64,000 nt of DNA from Felis catus (lineage: Eukaryota): NCBI RefSeq assembly GCF_018350175.1, contig NC_058368.1, positions 157,606,001-157,670,000 of the forward strand, given 5' to 3'. Under the pieces are notes generated by a model. It was given only the letters and a program-made list of their open reading frames with translations. It searched no databases and was not told the DNA's origin. The position numbers and the translations under genes are program-made. Shown piece by piece: positions 36,139-50,270 of the stretch; position 1 is the stretch's first letter; each line of letters begins with the position of its first letter.

Positions 36139-36399
36139 GGTGTGGAGTGGGGCAGCTAACCATCTGTGGATGCTGTTTTTGGAATTCATTCAGTGTAACT
36201 AATATGTAGGATGTGTCCCCTATAAGATACTTACTATGTAGTGGCCTCCCCATCCCTGTTCACCTACTTTGGTGTGATAAAGAGGGCAAAATGTATATCT
36301 GTTCCCACTCTGCTTTTGGCAGTGTTACTCTAGCTATAACTTAAATGACTACCATGGATGAACATAAAATGCAACAAGTGAAACTAACTGGCTTATAAT

Positions 36400-36700
36400 A
36401 ATAGAAATGATGGAATGATAGAAAAAGATCTCCAGGTGTAATTTCTGTGAAAAAAGCCTGCTAAAAAGCAGTGTATATAATTCTACCTTTGTGTAAAAAA
36501 GGGAATAATAGAACTGTTTTCTTATAATTTGTCTAAAGAGACTCTAGAAGAATACACAAAAAATTAATAAAAGAGATTACCTTGAGAGAAGTTGGGGGCA
36601 CATGGATAGATAAAACATAGAGATGGGAGTTAGACAGAGTGAGAGTAAATCTTTTTAAAAAAGATTTTGAACCAAATGAATTTACTACCGTTTTTAACAA
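36400..36700 (+). mobile_element. L1ME-type 3' end
   Basis: aaagatctccagg...gcagtgtatata..ctacctttgtgtaaaaa...ctctagaagaatacac. Confidence 0.65.
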
Positions 36701-38014
36701 AATAAAGCAAAATACAACAATATACAGGCCAAACCAAACAAGATTGTGGACTAAATTCGGCCCATGAATTGCCATTTGAAACCTGTGTATTAAACAAATC
36801 CCTAAACTTAAGTCATTGAAGTCTGAATCATTCATTCAGCAAACATGTCTTGAATGCCTCTTAAGGTTCAATGTTCATGTTCAAGAGCCAGAGCCCTATC
36901 TCTGACCTTAAGGAACCTTCTATCTCTAGACTCTAGTGGTCCCTCTTGGTGAATATTTAAAAAGAAATATCTTTGTATTGTTTTGGCAATTTAAACCAAT
37001 TAATAAGTGCTTCTAAGTTGAATCTCCAGTGAACAGGTAAGACTTGCTTTCAGATAAGCGATTACATGTTCATATACCTATAGTTAATGTTTAAGACATA
37101 AAAAATATTTTGAGCTATTTTGAAATAAACTCTGTTAGGCTTGTTTATTAATTTATTAAGCAAATATCTCAAGATAAACTCAAGCCAAGTAAATTATTTT
37201 ACATTCTAGATAAAATGAATATGTATTAATGAAGCTTAAACATATTTGCAAATAAAATTTCTAAGAGCAAACTGTTTAAATGAGAAACAGAAAATATAAA
37301 TAAGGAAAGGAGGGGGAACCAAGAATAAAAGAGAAATACAATCTATCTTCCTTTGTAGAAAACAAAACAAAACAAATGTGACATAGCCTCCTTGAATCTG
37401 GTAATCTAATCTTGATACTAATAATGTTATCTCTTTTGGAGAAGTGTTTTGGCTTTTTTCCATACCTCAGCCTCCCCACCCTATAAACTCCCGGAAATGT
37501 GCAGTTCATGTAGAAAAGCAACGTGTTCTGTCCTCTGGTAGAATGGAGACCTCTGTTCCCCAAACTCTTGTAAAGATGCCAATAGAAGTTTAGATTGGCT
37601 CAAATGTAGAAATATATTTCCTATCATGATAGTGGAAGACATTTCAGGCTTCTGGATGCTTACAGATTCTGCTGCCTGAAAGTCCTATTTAGAAGTTTAC
37701 TTTGCTATGACTAATTGTTAGGTAGACAGCAGAGTTACTCAAGACTAATATTACTGGTTTTGAACTGACATTAAGGTCTTTAGAAAGCCTAACTGTCTGT
37801 ATGGAGCAGTGTTTCTGATCACATTGTTACCTTGAGAGCCCCAGAGTTTAAATAACTTTATTTGAGAAGAAAAAGATTCATTAATATTTTATCAAATAAT
37901 TTGATTTGAATAAGTAATTTCTTCTGGGTGATAAAACAAGAGAACCATCACAATATGTTTAATAAAATTTATTTTAGTTTGAGGGTTAATACCATATCTA
38001 GTACATTTTTGCAT

Positions 38015-39435
38015 CTGTTTCAGTTCTCTTTTGCTATATCACAAAACACTGCTAAATTTAAAAGAGCAACTCACTGCTGTCACTCATGGTCTGTAGGTTG
38101 ACTGGGTTCCACTGAGCTTGGAGTTCTTGGTTGTGGGGCTTCTCATATGGTTGCAGTCAGATAGTTGGTGAGGCTAGAGTAATTTTAATGCTTGACTGGG
38201 CTAGACATCTGGGCTGGACTCCTTGACTCACATATCTGGTGCTTCAATTAGAATGACCAGAAGAGCTAGAGGCTGGTATCTATCTCTTTTCACATGACCT
38301 TTGGAATTCCTCACAGCATTATAGTCTTATGGTAGTTAGAGTTTTTACATGGGAGCCTTTTCTGCCAGAGTAAGTGTTCAAGAGACTTTGGCAGGAGCTG
38401 CAAGGCTTTTTGTGACCCAGCTTCTGAAGTCACATAGCATCACTTTTGTTTCATTCTGTTGGTCAAAAAGGTAATCATACACAGGAGCCAATTGATAGAG
38501 CCCCCAATGACCAAAGCAGGAACAATTTGATCAATAAAATAAATAAAATTTCATTGGATTACAACCCACAGTACAAGATAGGGATCCATTGAGTCTATAC
38601 TGATATAAATGATTGAATAAATCCTTTTAAAGAAAAGGAAGTCAAAGGAAGATGACAAGGGAGAAGAGACAAATCTCCCTTGAAGAATTCCAATTAATTT
38701 CTGTAGATACTCCACTCTCTAGGAGGGGAAGCATGAATCCTGACTCCTTAAGTGTGGGCTGCTCATAATGACTTTCTTCCAAAAGTGTAGAATGGAAGAG
38801 AGGAAAAGAATATCTCAGTCCTATGATCAAGGTCAGTATCAACAGTGATAAATCCCTGATTTAATGTGATATATCCTTGATATAATGTGATGAGGCTAGC
38901 ACTTTACTTCTATGATCTTCCTTCCCCAAACCCCAAACCGCAGTCTAACTGTGAGAAAAATATCAGACAATTTTCCAATAGAAGGACATCCTATAAAATT
39001 CTTCATCAATACTTCTTAAATTTATCAAGGTTATCAAAAATAAGGAAAGTCTGAGAAGCTGTCAAGAGGAACCCAAAGAGACAATGACAAATAAATATAA
39101 TGTGGCATCCTGCATAAGATCTTGGAGCAGAAAAAGACACAAGCAGAAACAAAGGAAATCTGAATAAACTACTACAGACTTTAGTTAATATATATATATA
39201 TTAATATGTATTCATTAATTATAACAAATATACCACGCAAATGGTATGTCAATGATAGGAGAAGCATATGTGAGAGCTGTCTATACGATGGCATATTTTT
39301 CCCCCCAAATCTCAAACCATTCTTAAAAATAAGGTCTATGAAAAACAACAACAAAAAAAGCTAGTCATAAGGCCCAGATTTGAGGGAGGGGACTACAAAA
39401 GATGTAGCAGGAGGTGCATTGGGGGATCATCTACA
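38015..39435 (-). mobile_element. MLT1G/H-like LTR split by an L1MC fragment
   Basis: LTR sequence 38015-38478 (ggttgcagtcagat, gtcacatagcatcactt) resumes at ~39362 (gtcataaggcccagatt). Confidence 0.7.
38480..39360 (+). mobile_element. L1MC-type 3'UTR
   Basis: ggagccaattga..caatgaccaaagcaggaacaattt...ccttaagtgtgggctg...gaataaact. Confidence 0.8.
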
Positions 39436-39449
39436 AAAGCATCTATTCC

Positions 39450-40010
39450 ACTGATTTTCTTCTGAGAATTTACTTCTCTACCCCTAGTCCCAGTTAATAT
39501 AGCTGGAGGTTTACACATTTGTTCCAGAGGTAGAGCCAGTGACTCTGGACTGAGGTAATCCATGAGTTTCATTTCCTTCACCAGAATCAGAGAAATTTAT
39601 TTTCTTAGTTTCAAGAGTGGTCAGTGACTTAACCTAGAGCAATCAGAGCAATTCTAAGACTGTTAGAAAAGTAACTTCTGGCCTTGAACTTGAGTATATG
39701 TGAGGTGGGAACTGCTGCCTCTTATCTTAGGATCAGGAGGGGAGAAGTTGAAGGTGCCAGACACCAACTGGAGTGTGAGCAAGAAGCCAACAAAATAGAG
39801 GTAGCTGGTAGAGAATAAACTCAAAGAATGGGAAAAAAAACAAGCTGTGGGACATTATGGAGCCCAGAATCCATCCTTGCTTGGAGGAGCTCTGCCTCTG
39901 GAGATCTCAATTATGCAAGGCACTAGTCTCTTGTTGGCTTAAGACAGTTTGATTTGGGATTTTTTTTTTTTTTGGTTCCTTACAATGGATGAAGTTCCCA
40001 AATGAAACAA
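39450..40010 (+). mobile_element. MLT1J/K-like LTR
   Basis: ctctggagatctcaattatg...ggcttaagacagtttgatttggg. Confidence 0.55.
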
Positions 40011-40029
40011 TGAATTGTCCTTCAATTTC

Positions 40030-40440
40030 TTTTTTGTTTGCTTTGATTTTGTTTTGTTGTTTCACATTTTTTATTTACATTTTAGTTAACATACAATGTA
40101 ATATTGGTTTCAGGAGTAGAATTTAGTGATTCATCATTTACATATAACACCCAGTGCTCATCATAACAAGTGCCCTCCTTAATACCCATCACCCATTTAG
40201 CCCATCCCTTACCCACCTCCCTCCATCAACAATAAACTTATTGTTTATTTCACTCTCTCTCTTTTTTACCCTTTCCATATATTTATCTGTTTTCTTTCTT
40301 AAATTCCACCTGTGAGTGAAATAATATGGTATTTGTCTTTCGCTGACTGACTTATTTCACTTAGCACAATATATTTTAACTCCATCCACATCCTTGCAAA
40401 TAGCAAGATTTCATTCTTTTTGATAGCTCAGTAATATTCC

Positions 40441-40487
<47 letters not shown>

Positions 40488-40912
40488 CACATCTTCTTTA
40501 TCCATTCATCAGCTGATGGACATTTTGGGCTATCTCCATAGTTTGGCTATTGTTGATCATGCTGCTATAAACATTTGGTGTGCATGTATCCCTTTGAATA
40601 TGTATTTTTGTATCCTTTGTGTAAATACCTAGTAGTACAGTGGCTGGGTAGTAGGGTAGTTCTATTTTTTTGCTTTTTGAGAAACTTCCATACTGTTTTT
40701 CCAGAGTGGCTGCACCAGTTTGCATTCACACCAACAGTGTAAGAGGGTTCTCCTTTCTCTGTATCCTCACCAATATCTGTTGTTTCCCATGTTGTTGATT
40801 TTAGCCATTCTGACAGGCATGAGGCGGTATCTCATTGTGGTTTTGATTTATAATTTCCCTGATGATAAGTGATGTTGAGAATCTTTTCATGTGTCTATTA
40901 ACCATCTATATG
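40030..40912 (-). mobile_element. Carnivore L1 3' fragment
   Basis: 3'UTR ttcaggagtagaatttagtgattc; ORF 40498..40725 contains IELPYYPATVLLGIY. Confidence 0.93.
40443..40485 (+). repeat. (TG)n inside L1
   Basis: Seen directly. Confidence 0.97.
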
Positions 40913-41499
40913 TAAAGAACTGTACTACTTTGGCTATTCAGTTTTGTCAAGAGGTTTTGTTTTTATTTCATTTAGACACAGCATCTTCTGAAACAAGCAC
41001 TAAGACATAGCTCCCAGAGAGCAAAGTGAGAATGCAATGGAAAGGGTAAATCAAGGAGGGGAGAATATTCCCAGAATCTCAGTTGGGAGCCAGTTAAGAA
41101 GAAAGCCTGGAGCCTGGAGATACAGCCCATGAGGCTAAAGTGTGGGTTGGGCCATCTTGCCTGGTGGGAGATGAGCTTGAAGGAGTGGACTGAGGTGACA
41201 TCTCGGAGAACTCTGTGCTTTGCTAAGGTTTGACTTCTCTTGAAGGGCAGTGGGGAGACTTTGAGAAGATTAGGAAAATGTCAGGAACAAGGTTAGGCTT
41301 GCATTTTACAAAGATTACTTTATAATAATGTAAGCTGTTCTTAATTGTATATACTTCTTCTGAATATGTACTATTTTCATAATAAAAATAAGTTTTTAAA
41401 AAGAAACCTTATTTTGTCTGTGGTATAGATTGGATCAGACATGGAATGTGAGATGAGGTTCAGGGAAACCAGTTAGGAAGTTATTGAAACAGGAGATTG

Positions 41500-41680
41500 C
41501 TAAAATGGAGAACAGGATATTACCTTTGGAGCCAGGAACACAAGTTTGAATGGACCCTGGCTTTTCTACTTCTGGACTGTGTCAGCTTGGGCAACTATTT
41601 TTCTTCTCCAGGTCTCAGTTTTTTCATCTGTAAAAATATAGGTTGCAAGAATTGTGCAAGTTAAGTTCCAGTGTGTAGTA
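41500..41680 (+). mobile_element. MIR
   Basis: tttggagccagga...ttgggcaa...tctcagttttttcatctgtaaaa. Confidence 0.7.
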
Positions 41681-41699
41681 CTGTCAGCAGATGTAGTTC

Positions 41700-42900
41700 T
41701 AATTCTCATGGTGTGAAGAGTATGAATTAAGACAGATGCAGTGGGGATGGAGAAGGGAGAATAGGTGGCAGTGATGTTAAGGAGGTGGATTGTATAAACC
41801 TCAGAGACTGATGGAGTGATGTTGTAGAGCTGCCGTACTTCCTGGGGATCCCACTTGGGTGGGATTAAGCAGATAGTGAACTCCGTCCACTTAAAGAAAA
41901 TAGGAAAAAGGTCAGAGTTATTGGTTGAGGGGGTGGGGAAAAGTTGGGAGTGATGGGAATTATGAACTCAGTGTGGAACTTGTTATACTTGAGATGCTCT
42001 CAAGACAGATGGCTTTTTGGGTCTGTGGCTCTCTGGGAGAGTTGGGGATCCATGATGGGTATTGGGGAGATAGTACTTTCTAAGGAAAATGTTCTCAGAG
42101 TAATGAGTAGAGGGCCATAGGGAGCATGAGTGTTTTAAGAGGAAGGCAACAAAACAGGAGCCATAAAAAGGGGTTGGGCGGGAGATGAGAAAAGAAAATG
42201 GTCATATATGTTAAGAGGGGAAGCAGGAGTTTATAAGCTAAGAGAGAAAAAAATTCAAGAGGGAGGGAGTGATTAATATTGTCAACTGGCACAGAGAGGT
42301 CAGCTAAGGTTGACACTGAAAAAAATGCTTTGGATTTAGCAACTGGGGGTGGGGGTGAGGGTGGTGTCACAGTTTTGCCAGAGATTCTTGAGTGGAGTAC
42401 TAGGGCTTGAATCCATATTGCCGTCTGTGGAAGAGTGGAAAGGAGGTATGAATTCCACTACCATAGGGTGGAATTGTCCTCTGTTCATTCTGTGAGAGGA
42501 AAGAGAAAAAGAGGGATGGTGGAGTTTTGTTTGTTGGTTTTAAGAAGTGAACCCTTGCATGTGTGGAGAAGTAGCCAAACAAGAGAGAAAGAATAAGTGT
42601 GATTCTGAACTATGTGGGAGGGGGTGGAATTTTCTGGCACAGGTGAAGGAATTAGCCAGAAACCAGAAAAGGGAGGTCACTTCCTCTGGGATGAGGGGAA
42701 AGCTGGCATCAATGAGTACAGATTAAAATAGATAAAAGTGTGGGTTGGGGAGGTGTGAGATATTGAGGAAGTTCATGCTGATGATCTCAATATAAGTGTG
42801 AAGAGGTCAATGAGGAGGACGGCACAGGCCATAAGGCATGAGGATTAGGAAGGAAGACTTGGTTTTATTAAGCTGTTTGGGAGGCCAGGAGCAGAACAGT
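41700..42900 (-). mobile_element. L2 ORF2 (RT) region
   Basis: ORF 42095..42370 contains FFSVSTLADLSVPVDNINHSLPLE, like L2 RT FSVLILLDLSAAFDTVDHSLLLE; further L2-like sequence at ~41100-41480. Confidence 0.75.
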
Positions 42901-43307
42901 CCAGAAGGGATTGTTGAGTAGTGCTATAGTTTCCCTCAGGCCAAAGATAGTTCAGGGGGTGAGTGTCCTCCACCAGTGTTCCCCATTGTACCCACAGGAC
43001 TGAGGAAGGGGTAGATGGAAGCGAAGGGGAAGGTATTGAGTGTACTGAGGTCCTGATTAGGAGGTGAGGGTTGAAGGGAGCTTCTGAATTCTGAGGATGT
43101 ATGCTGTGGTAGACAGCAGGACTGGTGAGTGCATGTTTAGGAATAGAGAGGTCAAGTGGCCTCTCTTCCTCCTTCCTCTAACACCTGTAATCTGAACAGA
43201 AAGGCACAGGGTTATCTGCAAGGCTATTTTTAATTGGTCTCGAGTTGGTGGTCTCTGTTGTTTTCTCTTTCCTGGGAGGAGGTGGCAACTTTTAGAAACC
43301 TAATTTA

Positions 43308-43521
43308 TAAAAAAATAATGTTTATTTATTTTAGAGACAGAGAAAGAGAGACAGTGTGAGCAGGGGAGGGGCGGAGAGAGAGGGAGACACAGAATCTGAA
43401 GCAGGCTCCAGGCTCTGAGCAGTCAGCACAGAGCCTGACACAGGGCTTGAAATCATGAACTGTGAGATCATGACCTGAGCCGAAGTCAGCCGCTTAACTG
43501 GCTGAGCCACCCAGGCGCCCC
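43308..43521 (-). mobile_element. Can-SINE
   Basis: Perfect TSD tagaaacctaattta at 43293-43307 and 43522-43536. Confidence 0.96.
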
Positions 43522-43810
43522 TAGAAACCTAATTTAAAAGAAATAATTTATGCAATTTGGAGTCTTTAGACAATGAGACACAGCAAAGATCTAAAAACAT
43601 CAGTGAGGCAAAAGCAGTATTTGTAGAGGGATTATAAATAGCTACAGGACCTATTCTAAATTAAGTGGAAAAAAAAATCATTACAAATCAGTGCATGGAT
43701 TATTCTTTCTTTTTTCCCCTAAATTGTCCTGAATCTTTTATATCTTATCTTTGTGAGAAAAAATAAAATGAGTTATAAGTAGCTATTGATACTGGATTTT
43801 TCATTCAGGC

Positions 43811-43812
<2 letters not shown>

Positions 43813-43856
<44 letters not shown>
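43813..43856 (+). repeat. (GT)n microsatellite
   Basis: Seen directly. Confidence 0.97.
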
Positions 43857-43857
<1 letters not shown>

Positions 43858-44329
43858 AAGGATTCCTCTTTGCGTTTTGTGTCATTGGATGTCAAGTATG
43901 ATTACTAAACAAGAATATCTGTGGGAGTTATCATCAGTAGCTAAAATTCTCTTTGCAGTTATTTTTTAAAATAATCAGAATAACGTATTAAATTCAAACT
44001 GTTTAGGAATTCGTCTCTCAAGTAAAAATATCTTTAAAATTCTGACAGGAGATGGGCAAGGAAGAACTCAGTCTGGTGTTGGAGATAGCAGGATAGTTTT
44101 GGAAGGAGCCAATTATGCCAGTAAATGCTTGTTGGTGAGTGCTGCCTTTTTAAAGGTATGCTTGCCCTTTTTATAGGTTCTCTCCCTAGGTTGCCTTGAA
44201 CTGGTCTGTTGGGGGAGGTAGTGAGGAGAGAAATTAAGCCTTTTAGGAAAGCCCATCACTGACTCTTGTGGGCGATGGGGTTAGTGTAGTAGCAGCCAAA
44301 TTTCCTACCAGAAGTCACCTTCGTGTCAT

Positions 44330-44750
44330 GAAAATGACAGGAAGTGTTCATAGTACCACTTTTCTTAATAGCCCAAAATGGAAACACAAAAATGCTGACT
44401 ATAGGAGTAAAAGATAAATACATTATGGTGAATTCTCACAATGGGATATTTACTTGCAGTGAGTGAAAGTACATACACAACACCAAGATGAATCTGTCAC
44501 AAAATGCTGAGTGAAAAAGAAAATCCCAGAAAACTATATATAGTACAATACCATTTTTGTAACATTCAAAAACAGGCAAAGGAAAAATAAACACCAAGTT
44601 CGGAATAGTGGTTACTCCTGAGGTGGCAAGGGTGGAGGGCAGACAGAGGACTCCAGGCAGAGAGCATATAAATAGATATAAGTTATTGTTAATATCATTG
44701 TTTGGGTTAAATGGTCTATTCGTAGGTGTTTATATATTATTTGAAATAAG
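44330..44750 (+). mobile_element. L1ME-type 3' region
   Basis: gtgttcatag...aatagcccaaaatggaaac...gatgaatct...aaaaacaggcaaa. Confidence 0.7.
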
Positions 44751-45029
44751 TTAAATAAAGAGAGCCATAAATGGGTTGATGGAAATATTGCATGAGAAGC
44801 CAAATAAGTATATATTTCAAGCGGCATGACGCTGTAGGCAGATAATATGCCCGGGACATGAGCCCTCTTGGCAAGCCTAGCCCTTCTCACCTGGTGAACA
44901 GACTCTAGAGACTCTTCCCACATGGATTTACCTTCTCGTATTGAAGATGGACTACAAACAAAGGATTTCAGAAAGTCACTAAGTTGCATGAAAACAAAAC
45001 CAAAAGCATAACAATATCTCATTGAGTAG

Positions 45030-45350
45030 GTATGTGTAGGTGTGTCTGTAGGATGGGTATCCAGTAATAGGTTAATGGAATGAAAGAGTACATACATTAA
45101 ATTTTTTTTATAGATGCTGCCAAATTACTCTCCCAAATGTGTTGTGCTAATATACACTCCACAACCTGTTTTTTTTACATCTTTGCCAACACTGGTAATT
45201 ATCAATGGTTATCAATCTATTGGCTTGGCCAACTGGCAAAATATCATGTCTCATTTTTGCCTCAAACAACCAATTTCTATGTGAGCTTTTGGTGTGAGAG
45301 TCATTAGTGAGTTGAAGGCTCTGTGCATATTTTTGTTCCATTATTGACAA
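45030..45350 (-). mobile_element. Old L1 ORF2-end fragment
   Basis: tgccaaattactctcc...catctttgccaacactgg; ORF 45147..45362 ends NYQCWQRC. Confidence 0.6.
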
Positions 45351-45489
45351 AAGAATGGTCATAGTTATATTTGCCTAAAATTCTTTGAGAGGAGTTTTGA
45401 CCTGTAACTAGATCTACCACTCTCTAATCCATTTGGTCAGGAAGTAGTATTTACCTAAAATACTTGGGATAGAAGGGGAAGAAAGGGAG

Positions 45490-45650
45490 ATGTATTTGGT
45501 GCTTTTATGTGCCAAGTAGTGGGCTAGATATTTTTGCATGTTCTCTCAGTTAGTGTCTTCTTTTTGGTAGCCCTCTGAGAAGGTCTGGAGACTCAGAGAA
45601 ATGAACACTTGCCTCAGTTATACAGTTAGTAAGTGATTCCGCTAGCTCTC
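45490..45650 (-). mobile_element. MIR fragment
   Basis: tatgtgccaag...gagactcagagaa...tacagttagtaagtg. Confidence 0.55.
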
Positions 45651-45745
45651 ACTTCATTTCTCATAATTTTTTTTCCCTTATGCCTTCTGTCTGCTAACAG
45701 AAGACAGCACCATTTGAAGGATCTAGCCTTTTAATAGTTCTATTC

Positions 45746-45922
45746 CAGTGGTTCTGAACCTTGGCTATACATTGAAATCTCCTGGGGAACTTGAAAAAAT
45801 ATTCATGCCCAGGTTCCACTCCTAGAGATCCTGATGTAATTGGTCTGAGGTGTAGCTTGGACATTAGGATTTTAAAAAAACTCCCACAGATTCTCCTTTT
45901 CAGTCAAGCTTGAGAGCCACTG
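45746..45922. mobile_element. MER5A/B hAT-Charlie MITE
   Basis: TIRs cagtggttct ... agagccactg; typical internal sequence. Confidence 0.85.
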
Positions 45923-46600
45923 GTCTAATTCAGTGATCTTCAGATTTTTTTTAGACTTGCATTACTTATAATTTGATTTTGTGACACTCTCTTGCCACTT
46001 TATCTCCTAAAAGTTTTGCAACTTTTTTCCTTTGGTTTGTTTTGAGGCTTTTGGAAAAATTCCATGATAGACTTTGGAATAATTGCAGCTATTCTGGTGA
46101 GAGATGGGTAGAAAGACTGCATTACTAAATTGAGGTCAAGAATTGCTGAGCTAATTATTTCTCAGATCTTTATTTTGCAGTTTTTGAAATCAGTAAACCA
46201 ACTGCAGCATGACATAAGCAATCTTCTTCTTGAAGAGTATCACTTCACTTTAATATTAGTATCATTTATGACTTTTCACAAATACCTTTTAATCTGTTAC
46301 CAAACATCAAATAGGACAAGTCGGGGAGCTCAAAAAAGGAAATATGTCAAAAAAGGAAAAATGCAATCTTATTCAGCTTTTCTGGGAATATTTACTCACT
46401 ACCTTGTACAAAGTAAAATACCTCCTGATTGTCTTTTCTACATACACATGATGAGCTTAGTTGGTATAAACATTTTCCCTGTCTATGATATCAAGGTGTC
46501 TTCTCCAACCTGCAATGCAGCTTTAGAAAAACTGGTATCATTATTTTGACAGCTCAGATGGGGCTCATAATGCTTCTTACTCATTCAATTGTGGCTTATT

Positions 46601-46809
46601 ATTTTAATTGAAGTATAGTTGACCCATAATTTTGCATTAGTTTCAAGGGTACAACATAGTGATCCCACAGTTCTATACATTATGCTATGCTCACCACAAG
46701 TGTAGCTACCATCTGTCACCATAACAATACCACTACAATGCCATTGACTCTGTTCCCTATCCTGTACCCTTCATCCCTGTGACTTATTCATTCCATAACT
46801 GGAAGCGCG
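46601..46809 (-). mobile_element. Carnivore L1 3' end
   Basis: ttgaagtatagttgac...gctcaccacaagtgtagctacc; TSD-like ttgtggcttatt / ttgtggttcatt. Confidence 0.88.
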
Positions 46810-47379
46810 TTGTGGTTCATTTTTACTATGTGTTGATCTTTGATATTGCATTTCTTTGTGGTGTGGGCAGCAGTCATAGGAGAGCCATGTGGTGATTCTA
46901 GCAGAGGCCTTGTTTTATCCTTTCCAAAGCACTTATTGTTATTGTTAATACTTAAACTTGTAGGTGTTTTTCAAACCAGCTTAATGTAACTCTGACAATG
47001 GGATCCTATTAAATTTCTGTGTAAACTAGGAGATTTTCCCTTCTCCTTCTAATTTTCTTTTGTATTAAGTCTCATTCATCAGGACCTAGTCCTAAGATCA
47101 GCTTTGCAAAAACCATGCAGCAGAAAAGGGACCCAGTGTGGTGACATGGGAAAAGCCAGAGTTGGTGTACTTTGCTTTTAATTCTGCTTTAGTAATTTCC
47201 TATTGAATTTTGAGTTATTCTGATCATAATTTCCTGAGGATCAAACAGTAGACTATATGTGAAAGCACTTTGAAATATACAGTGTAGTGGAGTTCAGTAC
47301 AATTTGTTTTTAACCAGTTTATTTTCCTTCTGATATCTTCCCAGTCTGTAAAATAAACCAAAATCCATCTTGAAGCTTC

Positions 47380-47585
47380 ACTGTGGTATGTGCTGAGTGT
47401 GTAAGATTGGAGGTAGAAGGTCTGGTGTGAATCAGGGGAAATCATTTCCTCTCAGCCTTAGTTTCCATCTTTAAAATGAGGATACTAGATAGATGCCATT
47501 TCAGAGGATGGATGGATTAAATGCAATCAAGAATATGAAACTACTTCATAGATAGCAAAGCACCTCACAAACATTAACTAATTCT
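47380..47585 (+). mobile_element. MIR
   Basis: ctctcagccttagtttccatctttaaaatgagg. Confidence 0.6.
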
Positions 47586-48082
47586 TTGTTTATGTTTGGT
47601 TAAACAACCCATCCTTGAAGTTGTTAAAATTTATCCTTCAAGTCAGACATCTTTTTCCTCAGTCCCAAGTAAGACTGCAAAGTCTCAGGGCTCCTACTTT
47701 CTCCCATTTTGCTGCTCCTTTACTAGGTGCTCCCATGTGGAAATCTCTATCTTCAGACCTTTCTTTCTTTCACTTGCTGTACTCTCACCCTTCCCCCAAA
47801 TTATATGGACATTCTTCTTTCCTGTCTTATATTTTATTTATTATGAAATTACACGTCTATTTATACAGATGAAAATTACACTAGTTTTTCAGCAGTTGAT
47901 TTTCAGATGCTTGTGGCTAGCATTTTAAATGACTAATCTATCAAATTGATCCAAAATAAATGTTACTAGATTGTGTTGTTCTTTCAGCAAGTATATGGTG
48001 TTTTATCAGTGATCAGAGTACCAGAACCCACAGTAATGACAAATGTAAATATTCAAGTCTGTGTTAGATTTGAAGTAAATGT

Positions 48083-48317
48083 GTTTTTTTTTTAATGTTT
48101 TATTTATTTTTGAGAGAGAGAGAAAGAGAGACAGAGACAGAGACAGAGTACAGGCGGGGCAGGGGAAGAGAGTGAGGGAAACACAGAATCCATGAGGCAG
48201 GTTCCAGACTCCAAGCTATCAGCACAGAGCCTGACGCGGGACTCGAACTCATCAACCACGAGATCGTGACCTGAGCCGAAGTCGGATGCTTAACTGACTG
48301 AGCCACCCAGGTGCCCC
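48083..48317 (-). mobile_element. Can-SINE
   Basis: TSD ttgaagtaaatgt at 48070-48082 and 48318-48330. Confidence 0.96.
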
Positions 48318-49639
48318 TTGAAGTAAATGTTTAAGGAAGAAAGTGCTTTTTGTTCCATTCAAAGTACACCTTCTAGTCAGCTACTCACTGTACTAAACTA
48401 CAGTGCTGCCCTTAGATGGAAAAAACATCACACTTTTTTTCCCTTTTGTTTTGGATTCAGATGAAAAGTTATTTAATAATATCTTGAATATATTTTAAAC
48501 AATTTTAATAACATAATATAATAATATATATTTAATTTTTTGTTAAACTTTGGTTCAAATACAAGATTATAAACTTTTAAAATATTACACAAGTACTGAA
48601 CACATAAATAACATGGCATCCCTGTCTTTTAAAAAAAAGCCCCAGTCAGTTCTGTTCCAATTTTAACAGTATTACACAATGTTTTCTTGCAAGAAGAAAA
48701 AATCCCCAATGTCTTTTTTTTTTTTTAAAAGCATCATTTTTCAGGAGGATATTCTTCTAAATACAGAGTTCCTAAAATCAACTAACTTCCTGCTAGTCAT
48801 GAATACCTAACATTGAGCAGTGGAGTTTTGAAACTTTTCTATGAACTTACAGGAAAAAACTAAGAGTGAAAAAACAAACCAGACAAATATTTCTGATTAT
48901 CCTAGAGCCTTTTCTTCCTGTGAGTTCTTTATCTTTTGCTTTCTTCCAGGTATTTTACTAAGTCATACATTTCAACAACAAATCTTCCACAACTACTTTT
49001 ATATAGCCAAAAAAATTTTTGCTTATCTTGGATAATTAATGATTTTAAGGCATTTTTAATAAAAACAATGCCTCCTTTCCTTGGGCTATGTGACTGTTTG
49101 GGCTGAAAGAGACTGAGGGATTATTTAGCTCCACCTGCTCTATTTATTCCCAGATGTGGGAACTGGGCCCCACGGAGGTGGCAATTTACTTGAGTTCACA
49201 TGGATGGCTCACTTCATTGGGGAGTTCTTGAAAAAGAATATGGATGGGTGTATCTAGATATGAGATAAGAACTATCTGAGTTGTATTTGTTTATTGATGA
49301 GCTATTTGTCATTTTATCATTCATTCATTCATTCATTCATTTATTCATCCATACTTCTGTTTTTTGGGAAGGTGGAATAGTAGAAGCAGAGTTCCCGCCC
49401 TATCACTGAGCTTGGAAAAGTTTTATATATAACAGAGATGTTCAAGGAAAAGTAAAGGACTTTTTGAAATTTGAAATTTACTCTTCATTTTGAAATTTAC
49501 TCTTCCTGACCTGGTAGTCTTAGTTCTCCACCCCTGGTCTTAGAAAAATAAGATTTTAAAGTGTGTGTGTATGTGTGTGTGCACCCATGTGTGCATGTGC
49601 GTGTGCACCCTGCATCCCTGAGAAGAGCCTTGGCTTAGG

Positions 49640-50270
49640 CACTTTCAGGGCAGAGCCATCACTGCTGGCTCCATTGTCAGACAGCTCTAATTGTTTGAGA
49701 GTTTTTCATTTATTGAGTTGAGATCTGTTCCCTATAATTTCTACCCACAAATCCTAGTCCTTCTTTCTGGAGAAACCCAGACCCAGTATATTCAACTGAC
49801 TCCTTTCTTCCCCATGAAGGCCTTTCTTTTCTGGAGTAACCACCCCTTACCCTTTAGCTTTTCTCCATAGGGCATTATTTTCAGACTTCTGATTACTATT
49901 ATTGGGATTCAGTCTGGTTTTGAATGGTGTCTTTTCAAATGTGAAACTAAGAACTGAATATTTCTCCAGATGTGGTTGCGCTTTATGGAATATATGGCAG
50001 AACCATAATATCTGCTGGCAATACTGTATTGTATTTCTATTAATAGAGGCTAAATGCACTTGTTTTCTTGGTAGTTGCCTTTATACTCTTGACACCCTTT
50101 AAGCTCAGAAACAACTAACCTCCCTGGATATTTTCTGCATGAAATGTTATCATATCAGTTCTCCTCTAGTCTATGTTTGTGCATTTAAATATTTTGAACT
50201 GAAATTTATCTGTATTAGATGTTATATTTTGGTTTCATTGTGGCAAAAGTATTTGAATTCTTGACCCTGT
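49640..50270 (-). mobile_element. L3/CR1 fragment
   Basis: gacagctctaattgtt..gagtttttc, ctagtccttc, aactgaatatttctccagatgtggt. Confidence 0.6.

Noticed and set aside
36960..37045. Consensus donor CAG/gtaaga at 37037
   Set aside because: No credible upstream acceptor or coding signal.
44612..46549. 161-aa and 139-aa ORFs
   Set aside because: The first overlaps decayed L1 pieces; neither resembles a protein I recognise or has splice or promoter support.
49470..49506. Short tandem duplications (also ~21044-21078, 35640-35662, 50558-50595, 59339-59360)
   Set aside because: Ordinary slippage duplications of 10-20 bp with no higher-order pattern.
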